Shown here piece after piece: positions 40,337-49,032 of a DNA stretch of 64,000 nt. Origin of the DNA: Candidatus Versatilivorator sp. (GTDB taxonomy: Bacteria > Acidobacteriota > Terriglobia > Versatilivoradales > Versatilivoraceae); NCBI GenBank assembly GCA_965207735.1, contig OZ242296.1:2688001-2752000 (forward strand), given 5' to 3'. The translations under genes and the position numbers were made by a program. Numbering within the stretch: position 1 is the stretch's first letter; each line of letters starts with the position of its first letter. The notes under the pieces were generated by a model. The model was not told the DNA's origin, did no database searches, and worked only from the letters and a program-made list of their open reading frames with translations.

Positions 40337-41155
40337 ATGTCAGTGAATGTCAAAAAGTTCGCAGCCATGAGTTTCGTGCTGGGTATCGCGCTGGGTATCG
40401 TGCTCTCGATTCTGGCCCTCAATCTGTTCATCACGGCGGGTGATTTCGCTTGGCTGCAACACCTCCTTATGTTTGAAGCTACTAAGGAGTGCGTCGACCA
40501 GGAGAACAATAACAAGATCGTTGAGGCCATCAGGCAGAAAGGGGCGCCAGGAGTGCGCCTTCTCCTAGAGCAGGGCGAGGACGCCCAACAAGAGATCAAC
40601 TGCTTCGGCGACACGCCCCTATACGCCGCCATCTTTCAGATTCAGTGGGGTAACCCCCGGCCCGACAGATTTGAGATGCTGGAGCTCCTCATCCAGCATG
40701 GAGCCGACGTCAACCACGTCAACAAGAACGCCACAACCCCGCTGCACCGAGCAACGTCGATGACCAACAGGGATGAGGATGCCGTCCGGGTTGTCGAGAT
40801 ACTGCTCGATGCCGGCGCGGATCCACTCCTCCGGCCTCAGTCCGAGGGGTTCTTGGGAGGCTTTGCGATGTGGAGTCCCTACAACCAGGCTTTGACCCGT
40901 GGGGAGTTTGGGCTTGCCGCCCTCATGAGAGCCAGGCCGGAACACGCGGAGCCTCTCAACGTGAAAGATCTCATAGTGAGGGGAGAAGAGTCGCTGGTGG
41001 AGGAGCTAACAAGGGCCGACCACCCTAGAGAGGCCAGACGCCTTGCCGAGAAGATTCGTCGCAGGATGGACGCGGGAGAGTGGGTCACCGGAAAGGACGT
41101 GTTGCAATACCTGGAACAGATAGAGGGGAGGGCGCCCGATGCAGCAAACCAATGA
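40337..41155 (+). CDS. Ankyrin repeat protein with N-terminal membrane anchor
   Basis: GDTPLYAA, LIQHGADVN, TTPLHRA, LLDAGADP; hydrophobic N-terminus. Confidence 0.85.
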   Translation: MSVNVKKFAAMSFVLGIALGIVLSILALNLFITAGDFAWLQHLLMFEATKECVDQENNNKIVEAIRQKGAPGVRLLLEQGEDAQQEINCFGDTPLYAAIFQIQWGNPRPDRFEMLELLIQHGADVNHVNKNATTPLHRATSMTNRDEDAVRVVEILLDAGADPLLRPQSEGFLGGFAMWSPYNQALTRGEFGLAALMRARPEHAEPLNVKDLIVRGEESLVEELTRADHPREARRLAEKIRRRMDAGEWVTGKDVLQYLEQIEGRAPDAANQ

Positions 41156-41201
41156 GAACTTGGAGCAAGCACTCAAGGGGAAAAATAGGGGACGTTGGAA
41201 A

Positions 41202-41467
41202 AATAGGGGACGTTGTTGAATTACTGGAATAACTTTCCCAACTTCTTATTCCTGACTGACCCATAGGGCAAAGCAGATGCCTTCCGGAGCGCTTCGGCAC
41301 ACTCGCAGGTACAGACACCGCGATTCGCACTCATAACGCGTCCGTATCGGTGCACCAATCGGTTCCCCCACCGGTATCCTGGACTCTTCTTCCGTTTTTT
41401 CCTCTCTGCAGGCGTCGATAGAATCGCCAGACTGAGTAATTCCACTAATTCAACAACGTCCCCTATT
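41202..41467. mobile_element. MITE-like element, copy 1 (266 bp)
   Basis: Perfect 22-bp TIR AATAGGGGACGTTGTTGAATTA, extendable to 31/33; extra tandem partial end at 41179-41196. Confidence 0.85.
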
Positions 41468-41820
41468 GACTCCCTCTCATCATGTTCACGGCACCGTCGA
41501 TGGCGTCGTATTTGACCTCGATGTTTTCTCGCAGCTCGATAGCAGTCTTGACCTGTCTCCTAGAGTGGTACTACCCTCTCTCAATTGAGCCGCGATCCTG
41601 TGGTCCTCTACTCGGAACTCGGTTACGCTCCATGGATTTGCGGCGTTATCCTGTGTGCCCCAGACAAGACCGGCCATCTGAACGAAGATCAACCCTTGAC
41701 GATCTATGTACCCTGTCCTGACTGGCGGTAATTTCAGCCGTTATTCCCTGCGTCAAACGTATCTACGACATTCTCCGATTTTCGAACCGTCATGGTTCAC
41801 TGAAGAGGAGTCGAAACACT

Positions 41821-42540
41821 TTGGAAACTCACGATTGTAGCCCAGGGACGCTGATTGGCTTGCTGGCGGTCGTCAGCCTGTGTATTGGGGTGGGCGACGC
41901 CGACGCACAGTCTTCCTTCTTCTTGCGCCTGGCTCCCGAGGTGGGCCGGACTACGGTCGAACACACCAAGAAAGTGACCATCCAGGGAGGATCGAGTTCG
42001 AGCACATCGTCCTCATCGGGCCTCGCGCTGGCCGGAACCCTGTCAGGCGGGCTGAGGCTGAAGCTGCCGGGAAACTGGCACGTGGGCGGCGAGATCGAGG
42101 GCGTCGTCTCTAGCCGACGCAAGCTAAAAGGCACGATTCTCCCGACCCCGAACGGGAACGTTCACGACGTCTGGCCCGGCCAGTGGGACTTCAGCGACCT
42201 GTCCGGGGTGGGTGGCAACATCCTCCTTGGGCGCAGGCTCGGAGACAGCCGCTCACGGGTCTATGTCTTCAGCGGGATACGTAGAATGTGGACCGAGTTC
42301 GCTTCCGGAGCGACGAACCCTGCCTCTGGAGTAGCTGGCGAGGACCGCGAGCGCCTTGGAAGAGGGCCGTGGACAATCGGCGCGGGAACGACGTTGGGCC
42401 TGAAGTGGCCGGTGGACTTCCGAGTCCGCTACTCCCACTCGCTCACCGACTGGGCAATCGTCGAGGAGAGCGTGCGGCTCAACTACAGATACACGGCCAG
42501 CGGCGTGTTCATCTCCGTAGGATTTTACATCTTCGACTGA
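41821..42540 (+). CDS. Exported hypothetical protein, probable small outer-membrane beta-barrel
   Basis: GAGGAG RBS, signal peptide ending ADA-Q, alternating amphipathic strands, aromatic C-terminal strand. Confidence 0.65.
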   Translation: METHDCSPGTLIGLLAVVSLCIGVGDADAQSSFFLRLAPEVGRTTVEHTKKVTIQGGSSSSTSSSSGLALAGTLSGGLRLKLPGNWHVGGEIEGVVSSRRKLKGTILPTPNGNVHDVWPGQWDFSDLSGVGGNILLGRRLGDSRSRVYVFSGIRRMWTEFASGATNPASGVAGEDRERLGRGPWTIGAGTTLGLKWPVDFRVRYSHSLTDWAIVEESVRLNYRYTASGVFISVGFYIFD

Positions 42541-42614
42541 CTGCCGTGCGCCGATGCCGCCCTCGGCACCCAGTCAATCTGGCCGTTGTCACCCCTCCTG
42601 CCGGGAGGGAAAAA

Positions 42615-42876
42615 AATAGGGGACGTTGTTGAATTACTGGAATAACTTTCCCAGCTTCTTATTCCTTACTGACCCATAGGGCGAAGCAGATGCCTTCCCG
42701 AGGGCTTCGGCACACTCGCAGGTACAGACACGGCGATTCGTACTCAAAACCCGTCCGTATCGGTGCACCAATCAGTTCCCCCAACGGTATCCTGGACTTT
42801 TCCTCCGTTTTTTCCTCTAGGCGTCGATAGAATCGCCAGACTGAGTAATTCCACTAATTCAACAACGTCCCCTATT
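42615..42876. mobile_element. MITE-like element, copy 2 (262 bp)
   Basis: Same TIRs and a closely similar interior to copy 1, in direct orientation. Confidence 0.85.
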
Positions 42877-43257
42877 GACTCCTGTACGCGGCGTGGCCTC
42901 CTCGACAACCTTGATCAATGACTCCGCGGGTATGCCGAGCCCGTTGTGCAAACGCCAAATCATCTTAAGACTCAGCGGCCGCTTGCGGTTCAATATCTCG
43001 TACACCCGGTTGCGACTGCCGATATAGGTGACCAGATCCTTCGGCGCAAGCCCGTTCTGCTCCATGTGGTAGCGGATGGCATCAATCGGGTCGGGCAGAT
43101 CGAGAGGGTGATTCCGCGCCTCCCAGGCCTCGACCAGTGTCACCAAAACATCCAGGCGGTCGCCTTCCGGCGTGTTGCGCTTGGCCGTCATCAGGCCCTC
43201 AATTTCCTTGAGTGTGCGGCGGTAGTCCCGTTCGGTCTTGATCGGAACGATTTCCAT
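42859..43257 (-). CDS. higA: HigA-type antitoxin (HTH)
   Basis: PIKTERDY, LDVLVTLVEAWE, PDPIDAI, IGSRNRVYEILNRKRPL; start reassigned to ATG 43257. Confidence 0.92.
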   Translation of the reverse strand: MEIVPIKTERDYRRTLKEIEGLMTAKRNTPEGDRLDVLVTLVEAWEARNHPLDLPDPIDAIRYHMEQNGLAPKDLVTYIGSRNRVYEILNRKRPLSLKMIWRLHNGLGIPAESLIKVVEEATPRTGVNRGRC

Positions 43258-43478
43258 GACTCGGTCCTCAAATCGTCTGCGCGTCAACTGCGTCGTACAT
43301 GTGGTGCGTTCCGATGAATCGAATGTAGACGACTCGGTAGGGGTAGTTGATCCACACCACGATGCGATACTTGTTGCCGGCGATGTTGAACACCGCCCTC
43401 CCGTCCTTAAGGATGCTGACGCTACGAACATCCTGTTTGACATCGGCCGGGCTCGCCCAATCCGCCGCTTTCACCTGT

Positions 43479-43555
43479 CTAAACCAGGCCATCACCGGCT
43501 CACGGGCAGCAGTGTGAACGGGCGTGGATTCAATGAAGGCTTTCAGCGTAGCTAG
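43479..43555. repeat. 77-bp target-site duplication, left copy
   Basis: Identical to 45640-45716; directly abuts the IS TIR. Confidence 0.95.
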
Positions 43556-45639
43556 CCCATCTTTAACACGGCTTCCAAGTATACGTTTATTATCAACAGG
43601 TTACAAAAGGCTCAACGCGCAAGTGGCACTACAAACGCGTTGAAACCGGAGATTTTGGAGGAATCAGACGATCATCTTGCGGATCCCTCCAGGAGAGGGA
43701 TCGATGCCCAGGGCGTCGTAGATGGCCCTCTGATCGGGTTCGGCCCGTGTGGCCTTGCGGACGTGCAAGGTCCGCCCGTCCTGACGCCGGAAGGTGACCG
43801 TGACCCGCTGCTGTCCTTCCAGGATGCGCCGCAGCGTGGTCCAACTGGAGGCCTCGCCGCGCTGCTTGAGGCGTTTGCGGATGACCTGCACCAGTTGATA
43901 GGCGATGACCGTCAGAAACAGGTGACCTTCCGAGCGCACCGGCTTGTGATGATAGATGGGCCGCAGGCCCAGCTCGGACTTCAGGGAGCGAAACACCGCT
44001 TCCACGTCGGTCAGAGTCGTGTAGGTACGCCAGAGACTTTCCTCGTCCCAGTCAGTCTGGTTGCTGCGCAGGCAGTAGACCCCCGGATGGGTGGCCATCG
44101 AGCCCTGGCGGGGACGGTGCTTCCATCTCAGCGCTGTCGCCTTGCGGCCGCTCTCGTCGGTGAGGACCTCGATGCTGTAGTGTTGCCCCACCCCGCGGCT
44201 CTGTTCCTTCAGCCGCCCGATCCTCTCCCGGACCTTCTCGACGCCTTTGTGAGTCCGCGGCCGGGAAAGCCCCTCGGAGAGTCGGGTGAGCCCCTGCTCG
44301 AAGCGCCGGCTGAAGCGCTCCACGATGCCCTTCTCCTTCTCAGCCCGCTGCTGTGAGCGGCAGTAGAGACGCACTTCCTGCCCGTCGTCGGAGATCTCCT
44401 TGTGGAGCTGCAGCTCGGCCTTGGAAGCCGTCTCCACCGTCACGGCCGCCTCGGCATCGAACTGCCTCCGGCCCTGGCGGCTGGCCACCAGGTAGCGATA
44501 CCCTTCCTCCCTCAACCACTGGATCCGGTCCTCGGTCGCCACCCCCCGATCCATCACCACCAAGGCTCCCCGGGGCGCCTCCAGCGCCTCCAGCATCCCC
44601 TCCAGGGTGCGGGGCTCATCCACCCTACCGGCAAAGACCTCCGAGCGGCGCACAAACCCCGCCCCGTCCAGCACCAACCCCAGCGTCAGCAGCCGACAGT
44701 CGCTGCGCTTGTCCTTCGAGTGGCCCCGCTCGGCCTTGGGCTGATGGCTGGCCGCCCCTTCGAAGAAGGTGTTGGTCAGATCGAACAGGGTGACGGTCGG
44801 CTCCAGATCGAACAACCCCATGGCCCGGGTGAAGAGGTGACGCTCGATGGCCTCCCGATGCTTCATCAGCGCGTCCGAGGCCCGATACATCTGCATCAGA
44901 CTCAGGCTCTCGAAGTCAACCTCCAGCAACTCGCCCAAGCCGCTGCGCCGCCTGAGCCAGCCCCAGGTGGCCCTCTCCGAGCCCGGTCGGGCCAGACGGC
45001 CTACCATGGCCCCCAACGCCGCTGCCCGCATCGGTCCGTTCAGCCCTAACTCGGTCAGCAGATCCCCCAGCCCCAACTGCTCCAGCGCCCAGCAACCGAC
45101 CTGCTCCACCCCCACGCTGCGCGGACGTGTCAAGGCCACCGAATCCACCTCGACCGTCTGCAGGTCCTCTGAGGCGGCCTCCCCGCCAACGCCGGTCACG
45201 TCGGCTTCGCCCTCAAGCAAGCGCTGGGCCATGCGTTGGGCTTCCTCCTCCAACGGGGTGGAAGCCACCGGCAAGAGAGGCAACTGACCGGTGAGGATCT
45301 GATCGAGACGGCGGCACAACAAGGGCCAGTCCTCACGGGGGATCGAGAAGTGTCGACCGAGGTTGAGGAGGGTCTGCTGGCGGACCTTGCCACTGACGCG
45401 ATGGGAGCGGACGAGGCGGTGGGTGAAGTAGGTCTGTCCGGAATGGAGGCTGCGGGTCTGGGTGCGTCGGATGAACATGGGAGGGACGCTACCAGAGGAG
45501 AGAGAGGGGGTCAAGCCCATCCCATACGATTATGGCACTACATTCACCTCCTCAACCAAGAATCAACAACTTACGGGTGGTTTTAGGCTAAAATGGGGGT
45601 AAAATACCTCAAATCGGCCGTTTCTTTGTTAAAGATGGG
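43556..45639 (-). mobile_element. Complete IS1634-family element (2084 bp)
   Basis: 13-bp TIR CCCATCTTTAACA; IHF-consensus WATCAANNNNTTR at 43591-43603 and 45561-45573; 77-bp flanking direct repeat. Confidence 0.93.
43664..45478 (-). CDS. IS1634-family transposase
   Basis: LFDLTNTFFEG, GHSKDKRSD, VMDRG, VEAVFRSLKSELGLRPIYH. Confidence 0.93.
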   Translation of the reverse strand: MFIRRTQTRSLHSGQTYFTHRLVRSHRVSGKVRQQTLLNLGRHFSIPREDWPLLCRRLDQILTGQLPLLPVASTPLEEEAQRMAQRLLEGEADVTGVGGEAASEDLQTVEVDSVALTRPRSVGVEQVGCWALEQLGLGDLLTELGLNGPMRAAALGAMVGRLARPGSERATWGWLRRRSGLGELLEVDFESLSLMQMYRASDALMKHREAIERHLFTRAMGLFDLEPTVTLFDLTNTFFEGAASHQPKAERGHSKDKRSDCRLLTLGLVLDGAGFVRRSEVFAGRVDEPRTLEGMLEALEAPRGALVVMDRGVATEDRIQWLREEGYRYLVASRQGRRQFDAEAAVTVETASKAELQLHKEISDDGQEVRLYCRSQQRAEKEKGIVERFSRRFEQGLTRLSEGLSRPRTHKGVEKVRERIGRLKEQSRGVGQHYSIEVLTDESGRKATALRWKHRPRQGSMATHPGVYCLRSNQTDWDEESLWRTYTTLTDVEAVFRSLKSELGLRPIYHHKPVRSEGHLFLTVIAYQLVQVIRKRLKQRGEASSWTTLRRILEGQQRVTVTFRRQDGRTLHVRKATRAEPDQRAIYDALGIDPSPGGIRKMIV

Positions 45640-45716
45640 CTAAACCAGGCCATCACCGGCTCACGGGCAGCAGTGTGAACGGGCGTGGATTCAATGAAGG
45701 CTTTCAGCGTAGCTAG
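45640..45716. repeat. 77-bp target-site duplication, right copy
   Basis: Identical to 43479-43555. Confidence 0.95.
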
Positions 45717-45741
45717 GGCAATGACTCGCATTCCGAGTAGG

Positions 45742-45768
45742 AGTATAGTCCCATATTGGGACTATACT
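45742..45768. promoter_or_regulatory. Palindromic operator upstream of higBA (probable HigA site)
   Basis: AGTATAGTCCCA-TAT-TGGGACTATACT, perfect 12-bp arms, 10 bp upstream of the higB start. Confidence 0.75.
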
Positions 45769-45989
45769 GTGCAAGCCTTGAGGTTGGACGGTGATTCCGG
45801 GCTCCCGCTTGGTCTCGGCGAGATTGCGCCGCATTTTCGGGTAGAAATCGCCTTTGACTTCGCGCGTCCATACCACCTCCCGCGGATGGGAATTGGCGGA
45901 CGCCCTCTCCGCCAGGATATCTGCAAGCCAACAGATTCCACAGGTCACACAAGTGACCTTGGCGCCAATTTCGGGTTATTGGGGAGAGC

Positions 45990-46738
45990 GGGTCTCCGTA
46001 GCCTCGCGGTTTCGGCCGTTTGCTGTCGCCGCCTTCGCGGCTCGACGTCGAGCTACCCCTTTCCATGGGCTCACGCCCACGGCTACCTGCTGCCGCCGCT
46101 CTGCGGCTCGATGGGTCGCCCGGGCGTTCGCCCGGGGATTATCAATTGCTAATAAGTCCAGCCCCCGCCCTGCCGGACGGATCATACGAGAGTGAAACAA
46201 CGAATCTTCATAGCCGGTCGGGAACAAGGACCCTGTTCCCTTAGCACGGTTTTCCACCTATTGAACATCGATGCACAGGATTAACAGGAAGAGAGCTTCC
46301 TGCACCAGAAGCCAACTCGGGCGTTGATCCGGTGCGGATTTGCGGATTCCCGGCAGTAGAAGCCAGCCGTTTCCTGAAGAATCCTGTGAATCCTGTGCAT
46401 CGATGTTAATGATCTCCTTAAATCACGATGGGGTCGGAAGCCCCCCCACTGGCTCCGCCGCGGTCCTTGTTGCTTCTTCGCGGACAAATCCTCTTTGTCC
46501 CTTGTGTCCTTCGTTGTCCTTCGTGTGTCTTCGTGGATCACTCTTTTTCGGTTGTTTCAGACAAGGGGCGCCCCTGCCCCCCACGACGGGGCAGATCATC
46601 CGAGGGTGAAACAGGGTTGTTTCAGACAAGCCGGGCCCCCGCCCTGGTGTGCGGATCATACATAGAGTGAAACAATCAGAAATCGATCAACCCTTCGCGA
46701 ACATTGGTACCCCGTCGCGACCAACCTCAGCGCCTTAG
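45990..46738. repeat. Long mosaic of intergenic repeat modules
   Basis: REP-like GGGCTCACGCCCACGGCTA; palindrome AACATCGATGCACAGGATT...AATCCTGTGCATCGATGTT; tandem GTTTCA...TGAAAC units; 46160-46290 matches the reverse complement of 55870-56010. Confidence 0.85.
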
Positions 46739-48436
46739 CCCGCATTTCTCACCAGAGGTAGGAAGCATCGGTTCTCGGAATCTGGTAAAATACTCTTGTC
46801 TAAGGAGTTAACCAGATTCTTAAAGGAGAACCGATGCCGACACAGTGTAACACCAAACCCCTGGAGTTTGAACCCCACGGCCGCCGCCGCGTGGTGGCTG
46901 ATTTCGACGGCGGTCCCATCACTTCCGATGCCGGCTCCCTGCTGTTGCGCCGGGTGGATCGGGGCTTATCTCTCTCCGACCAGGTGGCCGACTGTTTCAC
47001 CGATCACCGCGACCCCAAGCGGACCCAATACAGCCTGCGCACCCTCATCGCTCAGCGCATCCGTGGCATCGCCCTCGGCTACGAGGATCTCATCGACCAC
47101 GACCAACTCCGTCACGATCCCCTCATGGCCTTGTTTTCAGAGAAAGGCCGTCGTGGCGACTCGCCTCCCCTGGCAGGCAAGAGCACCCTCAACCGACTCG
47201 AACACGCCCCCACCCAAGGCCCCACCCGCTACCACAAGATTGACCACGACCCCGAGGCCTTGCAAGCCCTCCTGGTGAAACTGTTTCTGCAAGCCCATCC
47301 CCAACCCCCCGATGAGATCATCCTCGACCTCGACGCCACTGACGATCCCCTCCACGGGGAACAAGAGGACCGCTTCTTCCACGGCTACTACCGAGGCTAC
47401 TGCTACCTGCCCCTCTACATCTTCTCGGGCCGCCATCTGCTCTCGGCCCTGCTCAGACCCGCCAACATCGATGCCTCCGCCGGCGCTCTGGAGCAGGTCC
47501 AGCGCATCGTCTCCCGCCTACGGCGTGTCTGGCCTCAGGTCAAGATCCTGCTGCGGGCCGACTCCGGCTTTGCCCGTGAGGAGCTGATGGGGTGGTGTGA
47601 GCAGCATCAGGTCGACTATCTCTTCGGCCTGGCCCGCAACTCCCGCCTCCAAGACGCCATCGCCCCCGAGTTGGCTCAGGCCCAGGCCCTCTCAGACCAG
47701 CAACAGCAGCCCGCCCGGATCTTCACCGACCTCTCCTACCGCACTCACAAGAGCTGGTCCCACGAGCGCCGCCTGGTCGCCAAAGCCGAGGTCCTGCCCC
47801 GCGGCCCCAACCCCCGCTTCGTCGTCACCTCTCTGTCGGTCCAGGACTACCCCGCCCAGTTCCTCTATGAGAAGATCTACTGTGCCCGCGGTGAGATGGA
47901 AAACCGCATCAAGGAGCAGCAACTCGACCTGTTTGCCGATCGCACCTCCACCCACTCCTTCCGGGCGAATCAGCTCCGGCTCCTGATGACCTCTTTCGCC
48001 TATGTGCTGGTGGAGGGCTTGCGCCGGCGGGCGCTGCAATCCACCTGCCTGGCCCGGGCCACCGTCGGTTCCATCAGACTCAAACTGCTCAAGATCGGCG
48101 CTCAGGTCACCATCTCGGTCCGTCGCATCAAGGTCGCCATGGCTTCCGGATGTCCTTACCAGAGGGAGTTCCGCATCGCTTGGGCTCACCTGCCGCCCTG
48201 AGGTGCCCTGACCCGACCGTCACTCCTGGCCCTTGAAGACGCGGCCACCAGGCCCGATGGCAGAGGTGTCGCTGTTTTCGAGGGAAAATGCCGCCTGAGG
48301 TTCCTCGGAGAGCCTCAGAAGCCTCCGCTGTTGGCCTTTGCCTACCGATCCAGCCACCAACGTTGTTAAACTCGGCCTCAAATGCCTCCATGGCCCCTTT
48401 TACCGCTCCTGTGCGAACTCTGGTGAGAAATGCGGG
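46739..48436 (+). mobile_element. Complete IS1380-family element (1698 bp)
   Basis: 19-bp perfect TIR CCCGCATTTCTCACCAGAG; TTAG duplication at 46735-46738 and 48437-48440. Confidence 0.95.
46834..48201 (+). CDS. IS1380-family transposase
   Basis: FDGG.ITSDAG, GYED..D, LDLDATDDP.HG.QE, RADSGF, YCARGEMENRIKE. Confidence 0.95.
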   Translation: MPTQCNTKPLEFEPHGRRRVVADFDGGPITSDAGSLLLRRVDRGLSLSDQVADCFTDHRDPKRTQYSLRTLIAQRIRGIALGYEDLIDHDQLRHDPLMALFSEKGRRGDSPPLAGKSTLNRLEHAPTQGPTRYHKIDHDPEALQALLVKLFLQAHPQPPDEIILDLDATDDPLHGEQEDRFFHGYYRGYCYLPLYIFSGRHLLSALLRPANIDASAGALEQVQRIVSRLRRVWPQVKILLRADSGFAREELMGWCEQHQVDYLFGLARNSRLQDAIAPELAQAQALSDQQQQPARIFTDLSYRTHKSWSHERRLVAKAEVLPRGPNPRFVVTSLSVQDYPAQFLYEKIYCARGEMENRIKEQQLDLFADRTSTHSFRANQLRLLMTSFAYVLVEGLRRRALQSTCLARATVGSIRLKLLKIGAQVTISVRRIKVAMASGCPYQREFRIAWAHLPP

Positions 48437-48440
48437 TTAG

Positions 48441-48575
48441 TGTCCCTTCGTCGTTCTTCGTGGCCCTTCGTGGATTTCTTTTTTCTTTTGTCTTTTTTCG
48501 GTTGTTTCAGACAAGCCGGGCCCCTGCCCTGTCGGGCAGATCATCCGAGCGTGAAACAGGGTTGTTTCAGGCAAG
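48441..48575. repeat. Continuation of the repeat interrupted by IS1380
   Basis: TTCGTGGCCCTTCGTGGATT plus a GTTTCA...TGAAAC unit at 48503-48558. Confidence 0.85.
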
Positions 48576-48594
48576 TGCGGCCGAGTCACCTTCG

Positions 48595-49011
48595 CTACTT
48601 CAACCGGCGGTTGAGGCGGATGGCTTTGACGTGGGGTGAGCGGGCGATGACGGACAACTGGGCCCCGGTGGCTTCGGCGGCAAAGGCCCTTGAAGCTCGC
48701 AGCCAGCGCGGGGGGGACCCGAGAACCGTCTCGAGGAACGTTTGGGTCTGGGCGGCTTTCCGTTCGAGTGCCGAGAGGTCCTGCGGGGATTCGGGCATGA
48801 CCCTGTCGGGAGCGAGGCCACCGGCATCGGCCCCGGGGGACTTTCTCAATCCGACCTTTTGCGAGGGAACGTCCAGCTCGATGATGACGCTGGCCTTCCC
48901 CTCCAGGTTTTCGCCGGCCATGCGCCGGAGCTCTTTGTCCTGAAGCTTGTCCAGGAAATCGGATCCACTCACGACAGACCTCGTTGCGCCGGGCGCTTCA
49001 CGCTTCTTCAT
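48595..49011 (-). CDS. Hypothetical protein resembling a stand-alone subtilase prodomain (I9-like)
   Basis: 21 bp downstream of the S8 gene; SVIIELDVP and AT..QL..IA.SPHVKAIRLNR resemble the prodomain of the adjacent protease. Confidence 0.65.
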   Translation of the reverse strand: MKKREAPGATRSVVSGSDFLDKLQDKELRRMAGENLEGKASVIIELDVPSQKVGLRKSPGADAGGLAPDRVMPESPQDLSALERKAAQTQTFLETVLGSPPRWLRASRAFAAEATGAQLSVIARSPHVKAIRLNRRLK

Positions 49012-49032
49012 TATTATATTGCGCCATCCCGC

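Larger units (their letters stand above)
43268..45731 (-). pseudogene. higB: HigB-type toxin interrupted by an IS1634-family element
   Basis: Joining MRVIA (45731-45717) to 43555-43268 gives a 100-aa HigB containing RAVFNIAGNKYRIVV and FIGTH..YD. Confidence 0.88.

Noticed and set aside
41470-41720. Short ORFs or a gene fragment right of the first TIR element
   Set aside because: A protein-like stretch (QVKTAIELRENIEVKYDAIDGAVNM, minus strand) lacks a start and recognisable family, so it cannot be supported.
43258-43443. N-terminal extension of HigA (194-aa ORF)
   Set aside because: It overlaps higB in another frame; HigA similarity begins at ATG 43257.
45780-45950. 85-aa minus-strand ORF spanning the putative att repeat
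   Set aside because: No RBS or motif and it runs into the higB promoter. If it proved a real gene fragment, it would weaken the att interpretation.
46553-46674. GTTTCAGAC...TGAAAC units as a CRISPR array
   Set aside because: The termini resemble CRISPR repeats, but units are 56-61 bp, internally variable, joined by only 4 bp, dispersed, and no cas genes are present.
48503-48569. The same unit as an integron attC site or hammerhead ribozyme
   Set aside because: GTT...AAC is the reverse of the attC arrangement, no integron integrase is present, and there is no CUGANGA core on either strand.
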